From contig CAVOYV010000008.1 in the NCBI GenBank assembly GCA_963700855.1, positions 93,255-157,254 on the forward strand: a stretch of 64,000 nucleotides of DNA, given 5' to 3'. Position 1 is the first letter of the stretch, and the number at the start of each line of letters is the position of its first letter. Below the pieces are notes generated by a model. That model did no database searches and was not told where the DNA came from. It saw only the letters and a program-made list of their open reading frames with translations. This document shows positions 11,716-19,433 of this stretch, one piece after another. Position numbers and translations under genes: made by a program. The DNA is from an uncultured Actinomycetes bacterium. Its GTDB lineage: Bacteria; Actinomycetota; UBA4738; HRBIN12.

Positions 11716-11984
11716 GTGTCCCTCAGCATCCTTTCGAGAAGCGTCCTTAGCCTACCGACTTCCCCCGGGCCCACACCCGTGCGCAGCGCCCTCGCGACGG
11801 CGCCGGTACGGAGCGCCCGATCGACGCACGCCGGGTCCCGGTGGACGTACGCGCCGCGACCGAGCGCCACCGCTCCTTCATCGACCTCGACCGTCCCGCC
11901 GGGGTCGCGCACCAGTCGCAGGAGCGCCACCTTCGGCGCCTTGCCCCGGCAACCGACACAGGTGCGCTCGGGGGCGGCGCCCAC
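11712..11984 (-). CDS. ylxR: YlxR/DUF448 family RNA-binding protein
   Basis: 90-aa ORF with [20 protein letters not shown] and GRGAYVH. It sits between nusA and infB. GTG start. Confidence 0.9.
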   Translation of the reverse strand: MGAAPERTCVGCRGKAPKVALLRLVRDPGGTVEVDEGAVALGRGAYVHRDPACVDRALRTGAVARALRTGVGPGEVGRLRTLLERMLRDT

Positions 11985-11985
11985 G

Positions 11986-13029
11986 TCAGCCCTCCGCGGG
12001 AGCCTCCGCGGCCTGCGTCTCGGACTTGATGTCGATCCGCCAGCCGGTGAGCCGCGCGGCGAGCCGCGCGTTCTGCCCCTCCTTGCCGATCGCGAGCGAC
12101 AGCTGGTAGTCGGGCACGATCACCTGCGCCGTCGACGTGTCCGGGTCGATCCGAACCTCCTTGACCTTCGCCGGCTGCAGCGCGTTCGCGACCAGTTCGG
12201 CAGGGTTGTCCGACCACGGTACGACGTCGATCTTCTCGCCGCGGAGCTCGGTCACGACGTTGCGCACGCGCGAGCCCTTCGGCCCGACGCAGGCGCCGAC
12301 CGGGTCGACCGCCGGCTCGTAGGAGAACACCGCGATCTTCGACCGGTGACCCGGCTCGCGCGCGACGCCCTTGATCTCGACGACGCCGTCCTCGATCTCG
12401 GGCACCTCGAGCTCGAACAGCTTCTTCAGCAGGCCGGGGTGGGTCCGTGACACGACGATCTGCGGTCCCTTCGCCCCCCGACGGACCTCGGTGATGAACG
12501 CCTTCAGACGCTCGCCGTTGCGGTAGGGCTCCGACGGCACCTGCTCGGCCTGCGGCAGGAGCGCCTCGACCTTGCCCAGATCGAGCAGCGTGTAACGGCG
12601 CTCGGACTGCTGGACGATGCCGGTGACGATGTCGCCCTCGCGGCCGGCGAACTCCTCGTACGTCATCTCGCGCTCGGCGTCGCGGAGCTTCTGGAAGATG
12701 ACCTGCTTCGCGGTCTGCGCGCCGATCCGCCCCTTGAAGTCCTCGGCGACCTCGACCTCCTCTTCGGAGCGGACCTCCATCACGAGGCTCTCGCCGTCCT
12801 CGGACTCGACCTCGTCGAGCACCTGCTGGAACATCCGCAGATCGCCGGTCTCGGGGTCGATCTCGGCGCGGAACCCCACGAAGTCGTCGTCGGCGGTGGG
12901 GTTCTCCTGCTTCCAGGCGGACTTGTAGGCGGCGGCCATCGCCTCCTCCAGGCCCTGGAGGATGGTCTCGAACGCGATGCCCTTCTCACGCTCCAGTTCA
13001 CGGAGCGCCGCGATCATCTCTGCGTTCAT
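11986..13029 (-). CDS. nusA: transcription termination/antitermination factor NusA
   Basis: 347-aa ORF with S1 and KH domains ([39 protein letters not shown]). Confidence 0.97.
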   Translation of the reverse strand: MNAEMIAALRELEREKGIAFETILQGLEEAMAAAYKSAWKQENPTADDDFVGFRAEIDPETGDLRMFQQVLDEVESEDGESLVMEVRSEEEVEVAEDFKGRIGAQTAKQVIFQKLRDAEREMTYEEFAGREGDIVTGIVQQSERRYTLLDLGKVEALLPQAEQVPSEPYRNGERLKAFITEVRRGAKGPQIVVSRTHPGLLKKLFELEVPEIEDGVVEIKGVAREPGHRSKIAVFSYEPAVDPVGACVGPKGSRVRNVVTELRGEKIDVVPWSDNPAELVANALQPAKVKEVRIDPDTSTAQVIVPDYQLSLAIGKEGQNARLAARLTGWRIDIKSETQAAEAPAEG

Positions 13030-13490
13030 GCCCTGCTCCCCTTCAGCTCGGCGTCCCAGTCGACGACCGTCCTCGCCGAGGCGACGTCCGCGAGCGCGAT
13101 CATGCGCCGCGCGCCGTCCACCTCCACGGTGACGGTCGAGTCGTCGGCCGCGACGAGCGTGCCGGCGTGCACCCGCGCGCCCTCGACGGGCTCGGCCGTC
13201 TTCACCTTCACCCGCGTCCCCACGAACCGCCGGAAGTGCTCCGGCGTCCGCAGCGGACGCTCGATCCCGGGCGAACTGACCTCCAGCTCGTAGCGCCCAC
13301 GACCGAAATCCTCGAGATCCAGGCGCCGCGACACCTTCTCGGACAACGCCGAGATCGCGTCGAGGTCCATGTCCTCGCGGTCCACCGTCACGCGGAGGAT
13401 CTGCCGTCCCGCCTCACGCCGGAACCCGACCTCCACGAGCTCGAAACCGGCCCCTTCGACGACGGGACGGATCAGCGTCTCCGCGTCCAC
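13026..13490 (-). CDS. rimP: ribosome maturation factor RimP
   Basis: 154-aa ORF with LEVSSPGIERPL. GTG start preceded by GGGAGGTGG. 4-nt overlap with nusA. Confidence 0.92.
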   Translation of the reverse strand: MDAETLIRPVVEGAGFELVEVGFRREAGRQILRVTVDREDMDLDAISALSEKVSRRLDLEDFGRGRYELEVSSPGIERPLRTPEHFRRFVGTRVKVKTAEPVEGARVHAGTLVAADDSTVTVEVDGARRMIALADVASARTVVDWDAELKGSRA

Positions 13491-13504
13491 CCGACCCCAC
13501 CTCC

Positions 13505-13532
13505 CGAAGAAAAAGGTGGGCGCGCGCCCACC
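13505..13532 (-). terminator. intrinsic terminator/attenuator in the rimP-nusA-infB leader
   Basis: The minus strand reads GGTGGGCGCGCGCCCACC followed by TTTTTCTTC. It lies after the stop of the proS-like gene (13593) and ends just before the rimP RBS. Confidence 0.6.
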
Positions 13533-13592
13533 TCCGGCTCGTGCAACGGTACGTCTGAAGGGAGTATAGCGGAGGGCGTCCCGCGGAGCCGT

Positions 13593-14813
13593 TCAGGGGA
13601 GCCGATCGAGGCCCGCGAGGATCTCCTCGGAGAGCTCGGACAGGGCCACCTGGGCGGTGTCGCCGGTGTGGCGGAGCGTCAGATCGCCCACGCCGTCGGC
13701 GACACCGCGGGTTCCCACCGTCGCGCGCAGCGGCGACCCGAGCAGGTCGGCATCCGCGAACTTCCGCCCCGCCCGCTCGGCGCGGTCATCGAGGTAGACC
13801 GTGGCGCCGCCGGCCTCCAGCGCGTCGTGGAGATCGGCCGCGACGGCCGCTGCCTGCGCATCGTCGGGGGTCGCCAGGACGATCGTGACCTCGAAGGGAG
13901 CGAGCGCTCGCGGCCAGACCGGGCCCCTGCCGTCGGCGCACCGGACGGCGGTCGCGCGGACGAGCGCACGCGCGTCGATCTCGGCGCCGCGGGTCACGGC
14001 GATCGCCCGGCGGGTGGTCAGGCGTCCGCCACACGCCGGGCACGGATCGCCCTCGCGCGCCGGGACCAGGTCGGCCCAGGTGTCCACCTCGACATCTCGC
14101 CCGATCACCAGCCCTGTGACGTGGTGATCGTCCAGGTTCGCACCCGCCGCCCACCACGGGCGCGCACGGACCCCGAGGTCCGCGATCACCATCGCGTCCG
14201 GGTGGTCGTGCGGCCCCATGAACCCCTTCGACAGCTCGAACCGGGAGAACCCTTCCTCGTCGAGCCGCGCGAGAGCCGCCGGCGCCACGACCCGGGCCAG
14301 CTTCGCCTCGTCGACGGCCCGCTCCCCAGGAGCGATCGCGAGCACGAGCCGTCCGTCGGCCTCGTAGGCCATCGTCTTGAGGTTCGCCTCCACGGGCAGG
14401 CCGAGCGCCTCGGCTGCCGTCGCCATCGTGGTCGCTCCGGGGGTGGGCACGACGTCGAGCGGCACGACCGGATCGGCCGGCACCGCCTCCGGCGGACGTC
14501 GCGAGGCGGCGGCCAGCGTCGCCGCGTCCCCGCAGGCCTCACACACGAGCAACCGCAGGTCGCCCTCCTCGAGCGTCACGACCCGCACGATGCCCGCGTG
14601 GTCGCGGACGTCGACGACGTCGAGACCGACCGCACCGGGGTCCTGGAGCGTCTCCGCCCGCGCGAGGATCAACTCGCCGAGCGGCGTGGGCTCGAAGGAT
14701 CCCTCGGCACCCCGGGTCAGGTACCCGCCGCGAACGAGCAGCCGGTCGGCCTGCGCCCGCACGCCGGCCGGCGCGTCGCGCAGCGTCGAGATCGGGAACG
14801 CGGTCGCACGCAT
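13593..14813 (-). CDS. ProRS-derived protein lacking most of the class II catalytic core (INS editing domain + anticodon-binding domain retained)
   Basis: 406-aa ORF in the proS position upstream of rimP. The N-terminus MRATAFPISTLRDAPAG...LLVRGGY matches the bacterial ProRS start. INS-like LKTMAYEADGRLVLAIAPGERAVDEAKL, KGFMGP and AAGANLDDHHVTGLVIGRD are present. The anticodon-binding-like WPRALAPFEVTIV...LDDRAERAGRKFADADLLGSP is present. Nothing resembles the motif 1/2/3 regions. Confidence 0.7.
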   Translation of the reverse strand: MRATAFPISTLRDAPAGVRAQADRLLVRGGYLTRGAEGSFEPTPLGELILARAETLQDPGAVGLDVVDVRDHAGIVRVVTLEEGDLRLLVCEACGDAATLAAASRRPPEAVPADPVVPLDVVPTPGATTMATAAEALGLPVEANLKTMAYEADGRLVLAIAPGERAVDEAKLARVVAPAALARLDEEGFSRFELSKGFMGPHDHPDAMVIADLGVRARPWWAAGANLDDHHVTGLVIGRDVEVDTWADLVPAREGDPCPACGGRLTTRRAIAVTRGAEIDARALVRATAVRCADGRGPVWPRALAPFEVTIVLATPDDAQAAAVAADLHDALEAGGATVYLDDRAERAGRKFADADLLGSPLRATVGTRGVADGVGDLTLRHTGDTAQVALSELSEEILAGLDRLP

Positions 14814-14877
14814 CGGTTCGGCACGCTACCAGCCGTCGTTGACGTGCCCGGCGGGCCCGTGCCACCATCGCCGTCCG

Positions 14878-14922
14878 ATGTCGGCACGGCAGAACCGGTG
14901 GTGGTGGTCCCAGGGCTCGTGA
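14878..14922 (+). CDS. trpL: trp leader peptide (14 aa, three consecutive Trp codons)
   Basis: ATG TCG GCA CGG CAG AAC CGG TGG TGG TGG TCC CAG GGC TCG TGA encodes MSARQNRWWWSQGS. It lies 97 nt upstream of trpE and is followed by a terminator-like hairpin. There is no SD. A possible TTGACG(14839)-18-CACCAT promoter would make it leaderless. Confidence 0.75.
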   Translation: MSARQNRWWWSQGS

Positions 14923-14965
14923 GCCCGGGTGCCACCGCGCGACGCCGCCGACCCGCACCACCCAC

Positions 14966-15000
14966 GAGCCCCGGACCTCCGGTCCGGGGTTCTCGCGTTT
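14966..15000 (+). terminator. trp attenuator terminator hairpin
   Basis: GAGCCCCGGACC-TCC-GGTCCGGGGTTC (12-bp stem including one G-U) followed by TCGCGTTT. It lies between trpL and the trpE RBS (GAGGATGAGGAG). Confidence 0.6.
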
Positions 15001-15018
15001 CCGAGAGGATGAGGAGTC

Positions 15019-16503
15019 ATGGAGCTGCAGGTTCGACCCGACCGGGACGTCTTCGAGCGTCTCGCGGCCGACTGGCCGCTCGTCCCGGTGTGGGCGGAGC
15101 TCCTCGCCGACGTCGCGACCCCCGTCGCTCTGTTCGACGCCGTCGCAGGCGCCGGCCCCGGGATCCTCCTCGAGTCGGTCGAGCGCTCCGAGCGCTGGGG
15201 CCGGTACTCGTTCGTCGCGGGCGATCCCGCGGGGATCCTCGTCGTCGACCACGACGGTGCCCGGCTGGAGGACGTCGTGCGGGACCTCCCGCCGGTCCCC
15301 GACGCGGGACCCCGCGAGGCCCTCACCCTGTTCGCCCAGGCCCTCCGCGGCCCACGGCTCCCCGACCTCCCGCCGCTCGCCGGCGGGCTGATGGGGATGT
15401 TGGCCTATGAGGCCGCCGGGCTCCTCGACGGCCACCCGGCGCCGTCACCCGACGAGGCCCCGTGCCCGCCGATCTCGCTCCTCGTGATCGACCGCGCGGT
15501 GGTCTTCGACCACTGGCGCCAGCGGATCGTGCTAGTCGCGCACGCCTCGGCCGGCGGCTACGACACCGCGGTGGTGGCGCTCGACGAGCTGGCCAGCAAG
15601 GTCGCCGGTGCCGTCGCGCCACCGATCGCCCAGATGGGCACGCCGGTGCCTGCCGAAGGCGATCCGAACATGCCAGACCAGCGCTACCGCGACACGGTCG
15701 CGACGTTCAAGGAGCACATCCTCGCGGGGGACATCTTCCAAGGCGTGCCTTCGCGAGGGGTCTCGTTCCCGGCGCCCGAGGGCGGATTCCCCATCTACCG
15801 GCGCCTGCGGGTCACCAACCCGGCCCCGTACATGTTCTACCTCCGCCTCGGGGGCATGGAGCTCGCGGGCTCCTCCCCCGAGCCGCTCGTCCGCGTCGAG
15901 GGCCGTCGTGTCTCGACCCGTCCGATCGCCGGTACCCGCCCGCGCGGCCAGACCGAGGTCCGCGACCGCCTCCTCGAGCACGAACTGCTCGCCGACCCGA
16001 AGGAGCAAGCTGAGCACGCGATGCTCGTCGATCTCGCCCGCAACGACCTCGGGCGCGTCTGCGTCCCCGGCTCCGTCCATCCGACCGAGCTGATGCAGGT
16101 CGAGCGGTTCACGAAGGTGATGCACATCGTCTCGACCGTCGAGGGCGAGCTCCGCGAGGACCAGCACGCGCTCGACGCGCTCGCGGTCACCTTCCCCGCC
16201 GGCACCGTCACCGGCGCGCCGAAGCGGCGGGCGATGGAGCTGATCGCCGAGCACGAGCCGACCCCGCGCGGCCCCTACGCCGGCGCGGTCGGCTACCTCA
16301 CCTTCGCCGGCGACCTCGACTTCTGCATCACGATCCGCACCGCCGTCGTCACCGACGGCGTCGTCAGCGTCCAAGCCGGCGCCGGCGTCGTCGCCGACTC
16401 CGACCCCGAGACCGAGCTCCGCGAGACGAAGGCGAAGGCCGCCGGGCTGATCCCCGCCGTCGCCCCCGCGCATCCATCTGCTGGCAGGGAGACCAACCGA
16501 TGA
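15019..16503 (+). CDS. trpE: anthranilate synthase component I
   Basis: 494-aa ORF with LLESVE (Trp feedback site region), GSSPE, PIAGTRPRG, and GAPKRRAMELI...RGPYAGAVGY. Confidence 0.92.
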   Translation: MELQVRPDRDVFERLAADWPLVPVWAELLADVATPVALFDAVAGAGPGILLESVERSERWGRYSFVAGDPAGILVVDHDGARLEDVVRDLPPVPDAGPREALTLFAQALRGPRLPDLPPLAGGLMGMLAYEAAGLLDGHPAPSPDEAPCPPISLLVIDRAVVFDHWRQRIVLVAHASAGGYDTAVVALDELASKVAGAVAPPIAQMGTPVPAEGDPNMPDQRYRDTVATFKEHILAGDIFQGVPSRGVSFPAPEGGFPIYRRLRVTNPAPYMFYLRLGGMELAGSSPEPLVRVEGRRVSTRPIAGTRPRGQTEVRDRLLEHELLADPKEQAEHAMLVDLARNDLGRVCVPGSVHPTELMQVERFTKVMHIVSTVEGELREDQHALDALAVTFPAGTVTGAPKRRAMELIAEHEPTPRGPYAGAVGYLTFAGDLDFCITIRTAVVTDGVVSVQAGAGVVADSDPETELRETKAKAAGLIPAVAPAHPSAGRETNR

Positions 16504-17066
16504 TCCTCGTCGTCGACCACTACGACTCGTTCACCTACAACCTCGTCCAGCTCGTCGAGTCGCTCGGTCGCGAGACGGTCGTGGTGAAGTCCGACGAGAA
16601 GCCCGCCGACGAGCTCGTCGCGCTCGCGCCCGAGGCCGTGATCTTGTCGCCCGGCCCCGGCCACCCCCGGGACGCCGGGTGCTTCACCGAGCTGCTCGCC
16701 ACCCTGCCGCCCGCGACCCCGGTGCTCGGCGTGTGCCTCGGGCACCAGGCGCTCGGCCTGCAGTGCGGCGGCACGGTGGACCGCGCCGCGCCCGTCCACG
16801 GGAAGGCTTCGCTCGTCTACCACGACGGGCGTGGCATCCTCGCGGGCGTCACGGTCCCCTTCGAGGCCGGCCGCTACCACTCGCTCGTCGTCGAGCGCGA
16901 CGACCTTCCCGCCGAACTCGAGCTCACCGCCTGGACCGAAGACGGCCTCGTGATGGCCGCCCAGCACCGCGAACACCCCCGCTTCGGCGTCCAGTTCCAC
17001 CCCGAGAGCATCCTCACCCCCGAGGGTCCGAGGATCGTCGAGAACTTCCTGCGCCTCGCGAGCTGA
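16500..17066 (+). CDS. trpG: anthranilate synthase component II / glutamine amidotransferase
   Basis: 188-aa ORF with ILVVDHYDSFTYNLV, GVCLGHQ and FGVQFHPES. 4-nt overlap with trpE. Confidence 0.92.
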   Translation: MILVVDHYDSFTYNLVQLVESLGRETVVVKSDEKPADELVALAPEAVILSPGPGHPRDAGCFTELLATLPPATPVLGVCLGHQALGLQCGGTVDRAAPVHGKASLVYHDGRGILAGVTVPFEAGRYHSLVVERDDLPAELELTAWTEDGLVMAAQHREHPRFGVQFHPESILTPEGPRIVENFLRLAS

Positions 17067-17303
17067 CGGCCACCTTCACCGCCAGCCCTCGACGCGACCG
17101 ATCTGGTACCACCATGGCTCCGTGGGTACTCGTTCCGAGAGCAGCTAGTAGTTCTGGTCGAACGTGTGAACGTCGTGCTCTTCAAGAGAGCTCCAGCGAG
17201 ACTTTCCGTCCGTCAGAGCCTCGCACATCGTCTGGTCGGGGTCATTCCTGGGCACATCGTGCTGTTCACGAAGTGTTGATCCGTGATCGGATTACGAGCG
17301 TCG

Positions 17304-17843
17304 CTATCCAGCGGCAGCAGCGCCCATCGCGCCCACCCTCTGAAGGTGCGCGAAGTTGATAGCCCACACGAGGCCCAGCGCTAGGGGGAGGTCCACACTC
17401 TCGGCGATGTCGACGGGGTAGTTCCGCTTGAGCGGGAGAGTCGTCAGGTCCATCTTGACTACAGCCATGTCGTCCTCAAGCACTGCGTAGCCCTGCTTGA
17501 CGCCAGCGTCCCTGACGACAGTCCACGCACCGCCGCTGGCGAGAGCAAGCTCCATGTACTTCTTGCCCAGTACAGAGTTGATCTTCAGGTTCCCGGCCGG
17601 CGTGCCGTCGGCATTCGTGTACTCGATCTTGGACTTGGTGACCCCCTTCATCAGAGCCTTCATCACCACCGATCCGCTGGCGTTCAGGATTTCGGCAGCA
17701 CGCTTCTTCCCGACGACGGCGAATACCGGTTCCTCGGCGAAGGATTCATCCTCGAAGATCGACAGATCGCGCTGCAGCAGGGCCGAGCTCTTGACGTAGT
17801 ACCGGCTCCAGCCAACTTCTGTGTTGTCCAATGCGTCACTCAC
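17304..17843 (-). CDS. LURP-one-related / tubby C-terminal-like (DUF567-like) protein, in a lower-GC islet
   Basis: ORF 17304..18119. The start is set at GTG 17843, which is preceded by AAGGGGAG. The 179-aa product has repeating beta-strand motifs and a C-terminal KRNYPVDIAESVDLPLALGLVWAINF resembling the LOR family signature. GC is visibly lower than in the flanks. Confidence 0.5.
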   Translation of the reverse strand: MSDALDNTEVGWSRYYVKSSALLQRDLSIFEDESFAEEPVFAVVGKKRAAEILNASGSVVMKALMKGVTKSKIEYTNADGTPAGNLKINSVLGKKYMELALASGGAWTVVRDAGVKQGYAVLEDDMAVVKMDLTTLPLKRNYPVDIAESVDLPLALGLVWAINFAHLQRVGAMGAAAAG

Positions 17844-17872
17844 GGGTTCTCCCCTTCTGACGTCGCTGGAGA

Positions 17873-18214
17873 CTACTCCGTCACCCCGAAGGGGCACGGA
17901 CCCGGGTCGCTCTCGTCGTCGCAGGTGAAGCGGATCGACACGTCCGGATGACCGGCCTCGACGATGTCGAAGGGCATGCCGTACGAGGGCGGGCCGAAGT
18001 CGGGATGGAGCAGCGTCCCGCGCGCGTGCATCGAGCGCTTCCAGACGTCGCTCCGCGGATGCAGCGGCAGGTTCGAGACGTCGAGATGCCAGACGTTCGA
18101 CGCGGGGAGGACGCGGCACTCGGTGCCGGGGACCGGGCGGGCTGCGGCGGGCGTCAGCCCGGCGGCGATCAACGCGACGATCGCGACCACGAGGGCAACC
18201 CTGGGAACACGCAC
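17873..18214 (-). CDS. secreted hypothetical protein (signal peptide), probably a 5' fragment truncated at the islet boundary
   Basis: 113-aa ORF MRVPRVALVVAIVALIAAGLTPAAARP..., with NVWHLDVSNLPLHPRSD, LHPDFGPPSYGMPF and DDESDPGPCPF. It ends abruptly where the GC content drops. Confidence 0.45.
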   Translation of the reverse strand: MRVPRVALVVAIVALIAAGLTPAAARPVPGTECRVLPASNVWHLDVSNLPLHPRSDVWKRSMHARGTLLHPDFGPPSYGMPFDIVEAGHPDVSIRFTCDDESDPGPCPFGVTE

Positions 18215-18257
18215 CTGTTCGTCATCGGCATCCGGGGCCGCTACGGTTGACCCTCAC

Positions 18258-19427
18258 ATGGCCCATCGAGGCGCGACCCGCGGGATCATCGAGACGACCC
18301 CGACCGCCCTGCTGGTGGCCCTGATCGCGGTCCGCGTCCTGGTCGTCGGCGTGGTGATCGTCGACGCGGGCCGTCACGGCGTCGACGACGCCGTCGTGCT
18401 GCACGCCCACGCGGTCGCGTCGTCGCCCGCCTCGCCGTGGAAGGGGTTCCCGGTCGCCTCGATGCCGGTCGAGACCGCGCTCATGCACGTGGTCGGGGGC
18501 GACTCCCCGACCTCGACCGCGGTCCGCATGGCACTGCTCGCGTTCGTCGCGGACCTGGCGGTGTTCGTCGGGGTCGGGTTCGCGTGGGGGCGCCGGGCGG
18601 CGGGCACCTACCTGCTGCTGGCGCTCCCCCTGCTGCCGATGCTCTACCGGCGGTTCGACCTGGTCTCGGTGGCGCTCGTGACGTGGGGCGCGGCGCTGTT
18701 CACCCGGCGCGGCGACGGCGAGGTCGGCAGCCCGGGCATCGCGTTCGGGCTCGCGATCTGGACGAAGCTCTGGCCGGTCGTCCTCCTGCCCGTGCTGTTC
18801 CTGCGGCGGGCGCAGCGGTCGCTGATCGCGACGGGGGGGCTCGTGCTCTTGGGCGGCCTCGCGTGGTTCTTCATCGGGGGCAAGAAGGCGCCCTTCCAGG
18901 TGCTCACGCTCCGTGACGCGGTCGGGTGGTCGGTGGAGGGGACGGTGGGCAGCGCGCTGCGCGCGTTCGGCCTCGCCGGGCCGACGAACACCGACGGGAA
19001 CACCGTGCGGTTCGGGACGGTGCCGGGGCTCGCGGAGCCGCTGCTGTTCCTCGTGCTGGTCGCGCTGCTCGGGCTCGTGTGGTGGGGGGCGTCGCGGGAA
19101 CCCCGGCGCGATCCGTTCGGGGCGACCTCGCTCGCCGCGGTCGCCGCGCTCCTCGTGTGCGCGCCGCTCGTGGCCGCGCAGTACGTGGCCTGGCTCGTGC
19201 CGTGGACCGCGGTCGCGTTCGAGGCGGACGAGGCCGAACGCGAGGTGGCCGTCGCCGCGACCCTCGCGATCGTCCTCACCGGGCTGACGCAGCTGGTGAC
19301 GGTGGGCGAGGGATGGGTCGACGCGTGGCTCCTGTTCGCGCGGAACCTCACGCTCGTAGCGGTGGTCGGGCTGTGGCTCGTGCCGGCGCTGCTCCCGAGG
19401 CGCCCCGAGGCCGCGCACGCCGCCTGA
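18258..19427 (+). CDS. polytopic membrane protein, GT-C/DUF2029-like glycosyltransferase candidate
   Basis: ORF 17964..19427. The start is set at ATG 18258 because the upstream part is antisense to the previous gene. About 10 hydrophobic helices. Function assigned only by overall resemblance. Confidence 0.4.
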   Translation: MAHRGATRGIIETTPTALLVALIAVRVLVVGVVIVDAGRHGVDDAVVLHAHAVASSPASPWKGFPVASMPVETALMHVVGGDSPTSTAVRMALLAFVADLAVFVGVGFAWGRRAAGTYLLLALPLLPMLYRRFDLVSVALVTWGAALFTRRGDGEVGSPGIAFGLAIWTKLWPVVLLPVLFLRRAQRSLIATGGLVLLGGLAWFFIGGKKAPFQVLTLRDAVGWSVEGTVGSALRAFGLAGPTNTDGNTVRFGTVPGLAEPLLFLVLVALLGLVWWGASREPRRDPFGATSLAAVAALLVCAPLVAAQYVAWLVPWTAVAFEADEAEREVAVAATLAIVLTGLTQLVTVGEGWVDAWLLFARNLTLVAVVGLWLVPALLPRRPEAAHAA

Positions 19428-19433
19428 GCCGGG

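Noticed and set aside
14186-14542. The ProRS-like ORF could be a chance open frame or an assembly-indel artefact like the other broken genes.
   Set aside because: Similarity to ProRS is spread over the whole 406 aa in one frame (N-terminus, INS and anticodon-binding domain). The missing segments are in-frame deletions, not frameshifts. It is therefore kept as a real finding.
17067-17303. Possible small minus-strand ORF in the islet spacer (…MCEALTDGKSRWSSLEEHDVHTFDQNY, stop TAG at 17146).
   Set aside because: It has only 27-36 codons, no RBS and no recognisable family. It may be a gene remnant, but the support is too weak to list as a feature.
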